Assembly: GCF_003918875.1 (NCBI RefSeq)
Contig: NW_025765825.1
Location: 124,001-188,000 of the forward strand
Direction of reading: 5' to 3'
Length of the DNA: 64,000 bases
DNA from: Haliotis rubra
Lineage: Eukaryota
Shown: positions 11,523 through 23,886 of the stretch, piece by piece
How the letters are laid out: every line of letters begins with the position of its first letter
Position numbering within the stretch: position 1 is the stretch's first letter
Notes under the pieces: generated by a model
The model's database searches: none
What the model was told of the DNA's origin: nothing
Seen by the model: the letters and a program-made list of their open reading frames with translations, nothing else
Program-made: the position numbers and the translations under genes

Positions 11523-14500
11523 CACAAAAGACCCGTGAACATCCGAGTCAGAATTGTAACCCATTGTAGAATTCAGTAACCCATGCTTGTCGAAAGAATC
11601 GACTAACGCGATCGGGTGGTCAGGCTTGCTGACTTGGTTGACACGTGTCATCGTATCCCAATTGTGTAGACTCAAATATTTGCAGACCGTCGCCATATAG
11701 CTAGAATATTGCTTAATGCGGCGTAAAACTAAATTGTGAATTGACAAAACGTGAACCGCTCTAATAATGTTTTATTTACCCTATCACAGAACTCAGCTAG
11801 AAAGTTTTTTACTGGTAAAAACAGATGTCTCCCCCTTCCCCTAATTCAACGCTGAGACCTCAACAGAACAAAATAATTGAAACAGAAAAAAATAAAATTG
11901 TAAGAAAGGTCAAACCCCCAAAAGGCACATCTACATAATATGGAGAGGCAGTATAGCAAATGTGGTGAAGATGAGTCAAATAGTTTTAGAGTTATGTTAC
12001 GGAAACTATAGGAATGGCGACGCCGACGGAAACTCAACCAAAAACGATATGTCTCCCGAACCTTTGAGGGGAGACATAATTTACATCAATGAGAGATTTT
12101 ACGCACAAAACCTTATACTCGTCCAACTAATCCATGAAAGGATTTTGAGATGATTTGATTTCATACCAATACGTTGTAATCATACCAATACGTTGTAAAA
12201 ATAGTAATCATTACTGACCAAAACAGAATACAACATGTTATGTTTGGGATTACACTTTATTAGTAAAGTACAGATTCTAGTACTTTTGTTGCGTTGAGTC
12301 CCAACCGGGATTCGAACCCACTCCCTCAGAGTACTAGTCAGGCACCTAATCGCCAGAACACAAAGTCAGACTCCTAACCCACTCAACCACCGCGGCTTCA
12401 TTAATCCAAAATATAACATATGTTGCATTTGACCACATCTAAATTGCATTGTGTATTCACAAAACAGAATAGGTAAGTAAAATTATGTATAATGAGATTG
12501 CATTGGGAGCTTTCTGGTGTCCCCCGCCGTGGTATTGCTGGAATATTGCTAAAAGCGGCGTAAAACTAAACTCAGTAAGTCATGCATTGGGAGCAACTCA
12601 TGTGCCCGAATTGGTGCATTAACACCATCAAGAGTGCGTTCTATAAAAAAGCGTAGAAAGAACAAAATGTTTAGTTAGCATAGACTTATTTAAAACTTGA
12701 TATCCCGAATCTGAGCCCTATCTTGCCTAAATCAGCAAAGTGATAATTATGCTTTATCATTCTGGTATATGGACAGGCTATAAAATTGATAATAAGATTA
12801 ACAATATTGATAAGGGTGAAATCCGTATCTCTAACTGCAAGCGATGGCATTATTGTGTGGACCGTATCACATACATCATTGCAAAATGTGACGATGCGAG
12901 ATCTAAATGTTCAATTTACCATTCAGGGTTTTATCGTCAACGCGCTTAACTGTCACCCCCCTGTTGGGATCTGCTTCAAGTTCCAGGTGTCAGCAATACA
13001 ATTAATAATGTTCAATAAATGGAAACAGATTGTATGAGATTCATACCCATTGTGAAGCCTTGAGTATTCCATCACACTGGCTCTAGCCATCCTGAAGGTA
13101 GCATCATGCAGTCACTCCTTGTCCAAGCTCTACTGATCGTTCTCTGCATTGTCCATGCAGGTATGTATTATGATTCACACTGTTTCATACCCTTGAAGGT
13201 CCGGGTTAGAATGAGCCTTCATGCTTGTCGTAAGAGGCGACTAACGGGATCGGGTGGTCAGGCTCGCTGGCTTGGTTGACACAGTCATGTCATCGAATCC
13301 CAGTTGCGCAGATCGCTGCTCATGTTGTTGATCACTGGATTGTCTGGTCCAGACTCGACTATTTACAGGCCGCCCCCATATGGCTGAAATATTGCTTAGT
13401 GCGGCATGAAACTAAACTCACTCACTCACTCATACTGTTTCAGGAAGTGAGTATTGCTAAACGAACAAACATTTATGCTGTATATTTACAGGAACTGGTG
13501 GAAACCCCAGAGCTCTGGGCTCTGATGGCTCAGTCCTGCCTAACCCAAGAAATATCAGCAACCATGTTCAGTTTGAGCTGAGTTTCCTCTCCATCAAACA
13601 CTCCGTCATGTTGATGCAATGGGGTCAGTTTATTGACCATGATATTACAGGAACTCCGGTGTTGACAGGTATGTATTCTCTTCAAAGATGTTGTGGATGC
13701 TTAGAACAAACTTAAAATTGTTTGAGAACAAACATTAGAGTCAATTTTTATGACGATAATTAATAAAGTTGGAACATAATGCAACCAGCAGTGACATACT
13801 ACAACTGAAGTTATGACCGCCAACAGTCTTGAAGAACGTTTAGGATAAGATGACAATATTTTTAATCAGCAGTGCGTATTACCGCCACATTTTGTGAAAG
13901 GGTAGATATGAGCTATTGCGCTTGATAGTCTACTAATGGCGATTTGAAGGAGTCTGTCCCACTACTTTTCCATTGCCTGGCTTCGGTAAACCAACTAAAC
14001 CGTGGCCAGTGATTGTGAATTAGGCTAACACACGGTCCATTCCTTGCTAATATGACGAGAAAACCTTTCCGAATGTTGTCCCGATAGTCCCTCTAATGGC
14101 CCTTCCTTGCACATTACGTAATGGGGTTGTCTCTGTCATGGTGAGGCCACCCTCGATCATAACTGCCCATCGCCAAATTGGTGTTGCGGTCTCAAGTTGA
14201 CAGTTACCCCAGTTTCTATAATGCTTACTCACTAACGTTCCCTGATATTTCAGCTTTGAAAGTATTGGCAAATAGCCCGTAGATGTGTTGTAGCTGACAC
14301 ATGACTTGTTCCGAACAAGTGGAACCAAGAAAGGAAGTAAATCACAATTCGTTGAATGTAGTATCAATAGGATTGACAGAAATAATGATCCACAGAGGTT
14401 AATCGACCAACGTGTCGAAATAGGAAATTACACCCTAGGAACATGGTATCGACAAACGATGTGCGACCCCTGCAAACTATTCAAGTTTTAATATTCTTGC

Positions 14501-17500
14501 ATATCATGTTTTTTAACCTTTGTTCTTTTTCGTAGTACTGACATTTGTCTTTTTATTTCCCAACATTTCGTATATGTGAAATTGTTTCCTTAGTTCGATC
14601 CTCTTGACTGAAGTCTACTTTAAATGTTTCCGCCATATCTTGACGAGAACCAATTTGACATTGATAAGGAATTAATGCATACTATAAAACCTGCCGTCAA
14701 AGGACAGCAAAACTTAAGTATCACAGTTGGATTTATAACTAGCATTCAATAATAGCACAGATAATAGCACAACTCGGACAATACACAATACAGGAACAGG
14801 CTATAGATCGCCAGAAACTAGGGGATTTACAGTACTTTTGCTACCTGGATGGAATCTATAATTATAACTTGATTTACACCGTTCCTTCAGATGTTGGCGA
14901 TTGTGATTAAACTTAGCCATCACTTAACACACAAATATCCTACGATTAAAAACCTGGTATATCTTAATTTACTTAGAACGTTCTTGGATTTACGTACCCC
15001 CTCGGGAGAACAAAATTCAGAAAGGGACTTTGAATTAATGTACTTGTAACGTTCCTTTCATCAGCCCTGATTCTCCCTGTTTCCCAATCAACCTTCCTGA
15101 TGGTGATTTCTACTTTGGCGATGGTAAATGTATGAATCTGGTGAGATCGGAGGCTGTTTCCGGAACAGGCACAGATTCCTCAAGTAAGGACATTTTAAGC
15201 TCTTTCTTTTGCAATATCTGACGAAGCTTCAAACTCAATACGTACATGATATTTGATCAAAGACAACCTTTCTCTGAACTGAATTGATTAAAAGTGGTTT
15301 TGGATACATTCAAACTGAAGAAAATGGGTTAAGCCTCATACAAATAATCTTACACAGTAAACAAAACAGTAAACGCCGAAATGAACGAGCTCAGAGACAC
15401 TTATTCTAGAGGTGTGTTGCAAGTTCTGATTTCATCATAACATTGTATATATATCCTTATATTGTATGTAAATACTTGAACATGATATGGCACATGCATA
15501 AAATTTTATTTCCCTTTTAATTATCAAGTCATCATATCGTTTATATTGGTAATGCATAACCTAACCATAATTAAGTATGATAGTCGTAATTCGTCATTCA
15601 ATCGTTTTCCAGCTGGGATGCTGAAAGTGGGAACAAACAATCTCCTGCCACAAGGAGATTCCGATGATTGCTTTCTTGATGCGTCAGATTCAAGCAACTG
15701 CTGTTTCAAAGCAGGTCGTTACCAGAAAACAATATTCTCTTCTTTTGCAACTGAAGAATGTGTAATTTGAGCAAGTTTTGTACAGTGATGATGGTACACA
15801 ATGTGCTTTTCGATTTGGTCATTCCAGGTTGCCAGAAAACCTAACGAAAGGAGGTGATGTCGTGGACACTGGTGACCTGTTCAAGAGGACTAAATATGTC
15901 ATCAATAGCCTGGATAACGTTATCAGTAGTTTACTGGACGCTCCTGGTGAACGAGCTGATGCGTGGTATGTCGATGGCATGAGGCAGAGGATGTTTGAGG
16001 AAGATTAAGCCACAAAGGGCGGGTTTGACATCGTGGCTCTGAACATTCAGCGTGGAAGGGAAAATGGTCTTCCTCCCTACAACTACTGGAGAGACTACTG
16101 AGGTCTCGGCAGAATCACCTCCTTCGTGACTGGTACTGAGTTCGGGCGTATTCAAGCTCGCGATCTTCGAGACATGTAGTAAGTGTTTTTGTCTTCACAG
16201 ACGTTACTTTGCAAATTTGATCAGTCTAATTTCGTTTGGAAATACACTATGTTATCAATGTTCATTCAATGTTGTTTGATGGGTCGGTCAGTGGTGAACA
16301 TGTTCTCACCATATTAGTTCCAAAAGCATTTTGTGAAGGACCTCTTCTTTAGAGCTTACGACCCACGTAATGAGACGATTCTTTTTCAGCGCTAGCGTCG
16401 ATGACATTGACCTGTACAGTGGAGGTATTGCTGAAGCTCCTTTTTCGGGAGCAGCAGTAGGAATTACTTACATCTGTCTGACCGGAGAACAATTCAAGAA
16501 ACTGAGGGATGGGGACAGGTTCTGGTTTGAATCTACAGACTCCGACACTGGCTTCACGTCCGGTATATAATTGTACCTCCTTCGTGGTAGTTACCAAATC
16601 ACTTCAACTAACACAGCTAAGAAAGCAGTCATTTGCTTAGAGATGTGTCTTTTTGTATTGAATAACAATGTTGATATGCCTTTGCAACATTTTTTGTTTG
16701 AGTGTAGATCAAATAACTCAGCTGATACTCTCAGGTTGTGCTTCCCTCGTTGACTATCTGTTAGCGATGCTACTTGCTACATGAATATTTAAAGTTTACA
16801 TCAATTTTCATTACATTTTTTTGTTTAAATATAGATCAAATAACGCAGTTAAAAAGGGCGTCTTTAGCTCGCATCATCTGTAACAATGCCGACAATATCA
16901 GCACTATCCAGCGTCAGGCCTTCATCAACGCTAACGTGGGAACTAAGTATGCTAAATTAATATATACTTGTCACATGATATTAGGTAGAGATGTACAGAA
17001 ATGAATTCAATTAACAGTTGTATATTTCAACTACACTATCGCTTTTTATCTACGTTACTGGCCTAATAGTAAGATTATTTTTCACACTTAGAATACATAA
17101 TTTTGTTGAACATATTTCTCGTTTTTTGTTGAAAAATGAACATTAAATAAAAAAAAAAGAAACGAATGTGATTGTATGGAATTTGTATATAGCAAGAAAT
17201 GTGATTCCATTTTAAAACTTGTCTAATAATGATTGGTTTTATTATCAGTAACTAGGTGGACAACTGCTCTGAGCTGAATGAAGTGCGACTTCGGAGATGG
17301 AGAGAATATTGAACTGAGGATTCCTATGACCTTACAACACTGTGTCAGCTCTGTCAATAAAATATCAACTTGAAATAGGTGACTTTGTCATACTTGTGTT
17401 CAATCAGTTATAGCTGACTTTGAACATAGATATACATCACAAACACCGTTTCGATTAGTCTTTCAAAAGAGATTCCACACCCCGTTACCTTGAAGCGGAA

Positions 17501-17659
17501 ATGTAAAAGTAAAAACGTATATAAATGGATCATTTGAAATCAGTGATGACACCAGGTTATAAGTGTGAATAAAATGACCTTACCTTTCCTTGCCATAGTT
17601 GAAATTAAGAGCTGAAGTATAGCTATTGACGAAGTATAGCGGTTGAAGTGTTGTGGTAT
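11523..17659. repeat. Arm of inverted duplication 2 (partner 39914-51238), shortened by deletions
   Basis: Reverse-complement match to the C locus from its upstream region to its 3' flank. Mirrored ORFs 14047..14367-/45287..45607+ and 14306..14491+/45169..45369-. Confidence 0.93.
13106..17311 (+). pseudogene. Heme peroxidase pseudogene D (inverted duplicate of C)
   Basis: Exon 1 (13106-13160), exon 4 (13492-13668), exon 6 (15065-15183), exon 8, the 3' part of exon 10 and exons 11-13 are present and match C, introns included. Exons 2, 3, 5 and 9, most of exon 7 and the 5' part of exon 10 are missing. Stops at TAA 16006-16008, TGA 16099-16101 and TAG 17253-17255. Confidence 0.92.
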
Positions 17660-18052
17660 TCTCCAAGTAAATGTCTTCTGTGGAGATCCAATATCTTACT
17701 ATTTATTGCTTAGCAACAAATATAATGATTTCCTTATGGCGGCGTCCCACTGACACAAAAGAAACCGCACTGAGAAAAAACAGCACCTTGAGGATTGTTT
17801 TGTTACTCTTTCTGAAGAGCTAGCAATCGGAGCCATTCACGTGAGCGAGTAGACCTTGCTGATACCATGACGGTGTTTCATGTAGAATGGCCCGGCAGAC
17901 ATGTGTAATAAGAGGCCCACCTTGAGCGTTAATGAATGGGACGATGTGACTGTCATGGTCATCCACAACCAAATACATCAATCAGTTGCACACAATTATA
18001 TTATTATTATACTATATTTATATAATGCACATATCCAGACAACTTGTGCTTG

Positions 18053-18512
18053 CTCATGGCCCTGGTATTTTTTCCCTCGACCATTGGATATCAATCTCAA
18101 CGGCACATCGTGTTATCAATCTCAACTCCCTGGGGAGTATGCAACTCTTAAAGCCATTAGGCGCACCGCGTTATTGTGGCTTTTTCATCCTAACGAGGTA
18201 CCCATTCACGGCTGGGTGGACTGGGACACATAGTTACAGTACTTTGTCCAAGTTCACTGCACGTTGCTGTACCAGCAACTAAGTGTTTGCACGTATTCGT
18301 GGGGCCACCATCTTGTCAAATACCAACGGATTCGTTGGTTCTTTTCAGTGCACAGGGTTGTGTACTGTACACTCGGGGTTGTGACAACATTGAAAGAGTC
18401 TGCACACAAAGTTGACTCCAAGGTGTTTTCACCCGGTCACAGGTGAGCTCGAGCCCGACACCTCAACCTCGCTGGATCACTAACCTGGCCCCTTAGCCAG
18501 CTCGCCCACCGC
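18053..18512 (-). mobile_element. SINE family 5 (about 460 bp, CORE-like motif)
   Basis: Degenerate tRNA head plus CCACCCAGCCGTGAATGGGTACC, which resembles the CORE-SINE motif (from memory). A second copy lies at about 32160-32600 (-) and a truncated mirror at 11393-11527. Confidence 0.7.
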
Positions 18513-18952
18513 ACCTAATTAGTAGCATATTGTTCTTTTAGATGTATCTAGACATTTACCCGACCATCGTCATTTCGGGCTAAAAAGTTGGACTCATCTG
18601 TCGGGGTATGTTCACGTACATATAACGTTTCTGGTACAGCATAACTACTCCGGGTACAGCTAACCATGTGCTCTTATAACCCTGTGTCACACGAGAAAGT
18701 GCCATGGCCATGTTTTGTCGTGAAGAACCACTCAGTGTCAAAATGGTACTCATCTTAACCTTAAATTCCTTTTAGGTTTCTGCAAATCCTTATTGTATTG
18801 CTAGGTGTGTTTTCAAGAACATAGAAACATAAAAACGCATTGAATCTTTGGTTAAATTAAGAAATATGATCCTCCATACGTGTATATCAATTGGTAGACT
18901 ACAGTATTACATTTAAGGGTGATTATTGTAGAACAAACTGGTCACCGCACAA

Positions 18953-19303
18953 GGTGAGGTGAAGTGAAATTGGGTTTAACGTCGTGCTTGAGAATATTGC
19001 GCTCATGTGACGACGTGCATGCGTGTATGTGTATGTGCGGCTGCTTGTACTAGCCCAGACTTAAGCTGGTTTTATAGTGCTAGCCCACTGAGATACCATG
19101 CCGCAGTGAAGCATGAATACCCCACTCAGACACATTATACTGACTCCGAGCCGACTAGTCTTTGTAACCATTAATGCCGAGCGCCAGGCAGGGACCAACA
19201 AGTACCATATTTTAACCTCTTTTGGTATGACGCGGTCGGGGATTGAACCCCCGACCTTCCGCTCTCCGGGCGGACGCTCTAACCACTACACCACGGAGGC
19301 GAG
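18953..19303 (-). mobile_element. SINE family 1 (mirror of the 10563 copy)
   Basis: Same sequence reversed, with the same TSD. Confidence 0.88.
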
Positions 19304-22300
19304 GGTCACCGCACAAACAAAGGATTGGTTGTCCTAACACAGATTAGAACACTAATGTCCACGCATCGCTGTTGCGTGAATAGATGCTCCAAGTGGCTAA
19401 TAACTGGATCATTTGATTAAATATCACATTCTGTAACCATATATCCAGATTACTTGGAAACATATCAATGATAAGGGTAACAAGGCTAATGCTATTTTTC
19501 CGTTTCGTTTCTATTTCAACATTTCTCTGTTCCAGTAAGGTCAGTTGCTGGAATCTAAAACAATAAACTGTGTTAGTTGAATTCCTTAATTCTTTGCCAA
19601 CTGTCTGAATGGCATAGGTGCACTGCAAAAGTGGTGAGCAATAGAACTATTCTGGTAAGGGTGTTAACTACAGACATCCAAACAGGGTGACTGCGACTTG
19701 AATAAGATACGACGTACAGTTGCAAGGACATTGCGATAAAGGTATGGGGTTTAAGGCGAGTTAATGGAGATATCCAGTCAAAGCCTGATACTGTGTTTAT
19801 GCTTAATATGGACATGGTAAATTTAGCAAAAGTAGGTGTGTTTCCCCAAACCATTTGAATTTTATGTAATAATATCAAATTACAAATCATGAATAACTTT
19901 CATTAAAGAAACTGTATTAATTGCAAAATGTGCCTGAGAAGGGGTAAGACGTGCACAGGAGATGACTCTTACTTTATTTTACACACACCATGTTTTAAGA
20001 ATACACAAACCATTTTAAATGTGGTCAGATGTAACACATGCTATATGTGGGCTTACACTTTCTCAGTAAAGTACAGATTCTAGTAATTTCGTTGGGTTGA
20101 GTCCTATTCGGGATTCGAACTCACACTGTGAGAGTCAGGTGGCTAATCGCCAGCACGCAAAGTCAGCCGTCTAACCCACTCAGCCACCGTGGTTTCCACA
20201 AAATGGAAATCGGACAACTGGTAGTCTAGACCACGGACTGTACGCCCTCTGATGTAAGTGTAAATTGGCATGGCGCCCACATGCAAAAGCTATGAGTACA
20301 CAATACCATTTAGAAAGTGACCGAATGTACCACATGTTGGTACACAAAGTCCGTGGTCTAGATTACCAGTTGTCCAAAACTTACATCTGCACTTGACGTA
20401 TTTGTCAGCAAGTGCTCTTCCACATGTACATAAATATACTCTACGGTAAATGCCTAACTAGTATAAACCACATTCCTCAGTTCTTGTCAAAGTGTTTGTA
20501 AGAACAATTTAAAATTTACACTTTCAGTTAACCTGAGGTTCTTTAGTATCCCAAAACGTAGATATGATCTTGTGTTTCGGCGTGTTTTACAAGAAAATAT
20601 AAAGGTGACATAAAGAGATGACAGGAGTACATTTTCATTTCTTAACAACTTGTAAATTCATCCATGGCCCTGATTTGACAACACAAACTCTCATTTTTCT
20701 CACAACTACTTTAATCATTGTAGGGTTAACATTTCAGCCCAATTTCGCACAAAATGGTTTCACTCATTTATGTCTTATAATCTAAATAAAGTACTTGAAT
20801 ACAAAACAAAGCCATCAGCAAATAATAGCCATAACATGTAGGTGTAATTGTAACTTGCCACTGGTTGTCCTCTTTGTTCAATAAGAAATGAAATAAGAAA
20901 GGATTTACACCCTTATTGTACATCCTTGCCTAGCACTTGCACTTTGGTCCATACATATCCAATAATAGCACTGTCGACAAAGGACAGTAAAACCAACTAG
21001 AATATCACCACCAACAAAACTAAAACTAGCATCTATTTCTAAAACCGGTTTGCTCAACAGAGTTATACAATATAAAAACGGGCTGTACATTGCCAGCAAA
21101 TGATGGTAAATCACCATACTAGGGACCAAGGTGACTTAGATCTATATGATCCCTTCAGTCGCTGGATAATTGTAGTCAATTTCAGCCATCATATAAAAAC
21201 ACAAATATACTACGTTGTACAAAATCGGCAAGCTTAAATTTACTGTGAATGTTTGGGACTTCACTCAGGAGGACAATAAGTTTACACTACTTCAACCCTG
21301 TGAGGATACTGCCACTAACAATCTCAGTTGCTAACTTAAACAATTAGCTATTTAGAACACTCTTATCCAGATCTATTCAACAACTCAAAATATTAAATAG
21401 AACAATGTACCCAATTCTAGTAACCTTTTCAAGTTAAACAGGAAAACAGCGTTATCACTCTTCAATGCCACGGGGCTTATAGTAGCTATTGGTAAATCAA
21501 ACAATAAATAGACACAGATAAAGCCTTAATTTTAAGATGACATAATTAATTTTATTTTTTAGAATCGCTGATGTACTCAAAGAAAAATGATTTAATGTGA
21601 AATATACACACACAAAAGGCCCCTTTTCATTTTCGACCTCAGTCGTTGGTAAATTCAGTAGTTGTTTTAGAAACCCTGTTGTGTGCATTGAGAAGAATGA
21701 CATCTACCAAGGGGTATAAATAACTGTTTATGATACGAAAAACAGATCAAAGGAAGCGAAAATAATTGATGGCGCCGGTAACTTGGACAGTTTCTGAGAA
21801 AACTAGTTCCCATTTAGCGCAGTTTTAACTAAGTTGAAAAGCATGGAAGAAGAACATAACTCTATAAAAATATTAAGTTAAGACACACAAACCGATTATG
21901 ACCAATTTGCTTAATTTCAGATGTTCAACCTAACGTGTCTCATTGCAAACATGGAGCAAAGTTATCATAACGAAAACAACAGTTGACGACAACAATTAAC
22001 GAACCTATTTCATTTTGTGACCAGTAACATCAGTCAGTGAATCTGAGTTCTCAAATGTATGTAGCTTTTGGAAAGCTTGTTCCCCGTATGCAATCGCTTA
22101 CACATATTGGAGCAAGGACCATTACTCTGGAATAAAATATAATATAAGACATCAAATTTAGATTATGACCAGAAGCAACAAGCGTGTTAAATCTATCAGC
22201 TTCAATAATGTGAGATAACGTTTACCCCGTTTCATGCAGTTTGCACTAAGAAAGACTAATGAAGCATGGGCCATAACTCTGTTTACAAGTCGAATTTTCA

Positions 22301-23822
22301 TTAGATTGTGACAGGTATCATCAGTGTGTATTTCAATTCCCCAACTAAATGAAGTTTTCAACAAATGTCCACATGAAGAAGCAGACGGATAGGCGGAAGG
22401 ACGGACGAACTAACTGTATATATTCCCTACCCCACTTCGTGACTGGGAATAATGGAGAATGTGACACAAAATATGTATTCTTCAGTATGGTACCCCTCTT
22501 CCTAAAAAGTTTGTTCCTCATCTGTCTCATTGAATGAAACACTTTAAAATACTTCCTATTGACACTAAAAAGCATATTTGACAAATCAATTCGTATGTAG
22601 GTGTAAGTATTGTTAACATTATCTTGTCGAATAAACACTGACCAAAACATTTAAGAAAACTTCTGCACGTGGAACATTTGTATCAGATTAAAACTTATTT
22701 TGTCAATATATTGCAACGTTCTATTTTCGTTTATGTTTTCACCTACTAATGCTATCCTTTCTCCTCATACGGGGTTAGAATTGATCTTCAGTAACATATG
22801 CTTATCGTAAGAAGCGACCAACGGGATCGGGTGGTCAGGCTCGCTGACTTGGCTGACACATGTAATCGTATCCCAGTTGCGTAAATCGATGCTCATGCTG
22901 CTGATCACTGGATTGCCTGGTCCAGACTCGATTATTTGCAGACCATATAACTGGAATATTGCTGAGTGCGGCGTAAAACGTAACTCACTCACCCATGTCT
23001 CCTGTCCAAAATGTTTTTGGGATCACTTACATGTAACAATCTCTATAACCTTTCTGGTTGTCGCCCCCTCTATTCTCCGTTGTATACTTCAACACGCACT
23101 TATATAAGCCTTATTTCCCGGTTAAACTTAATTCATTTGAACATCTACATATGTTTTTAGGGTAAATTTCACACAACAACCATTTCTTATTTGTAGCAAC
23201 TCCTCCTAAAGGTTTGTCCATAAACATACCAGCATTCAACAATGCTTCAAAGAAACAGTTTTTACTTTCATTAATATCTGGCAAACATCATTAATAGTTC
23301 TGACATATTAAAATCATGCACAAATTAGAAAGTATTAGAACTAGGTGTACCAGGAATTTCGAGAAATTGATTTTTTGTTATAATACGTATGTCAGGATAT
23401 CAAAAGTCGCCTACTAATATACTCGTGAATTACCGAAAATAAAAATAGTTGTCATGGCATAATTAACAACTCAATATATTTCTGATTATGATCTCCCCAA
23501 ATGATTATAAGCCATGAAATGGCTCCTCACCTATTGCTAAATCTCTTATCAGTCAGTCATATCTTTTCATACTGCAGGACAAGGGTATTGTCACGACAAT
23601 CGAACACTTTTACCCACTAACGTAGTCGAGCCAGGAGTCTTAAATGGCAATTTATCACACGGTGTCTTGTTTTGATTGTGTCATCATGACCATCAACACG
23701 TACAATCTTCGCCCTGTCCTGTGACCAGTTTTAGTTGCTTGCTGTTAGCAATACATGTTGTCATATCTGATTGAATTTATCATGTTCCATCAAGTCTGTC
23801 TCCGTGTAATTAGAATTTAGTG

Positions 23823-23832
23823 TATATATAAA
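23823..23832 (+). promoter_or_regulatory. TATA box of copy B
   Basis: TATATATAAA upstream of ATG 23887. Confidence 0.7.
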
Positions 23833-23886
23833 GCGTCAGTCTGAATATTCCATTACACTGGCTCTGTGCATCCTGAAGCTGACAGA

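Larger units (their letters stand above)
9..11527. repeat. Left arm of large inverted duplication 1 (partner 18379 to about 30324)
   Basis: Reverse-complement matches throughout. Mirrored ORF pairs include 119..304+/29898..30083-, 10238..10522+/19344..19628- and 7193..7378+/22765..22992-. SINE insertions and their TSDs are shared. Confidence 0.95.

Noticed and set aside
12162-12198. Short tandem duplication CATACCAATACGTTGTAA x2
   Set aside because: Ordinary slippage duplication with no further structure.
14047-14367. 106-aa ORF retained in two copies (also 45287..45607)
   Set aside because: It lies antisense in intron 4 of D and C, has no recognisable motif, and its retention is explained by recent duplication.
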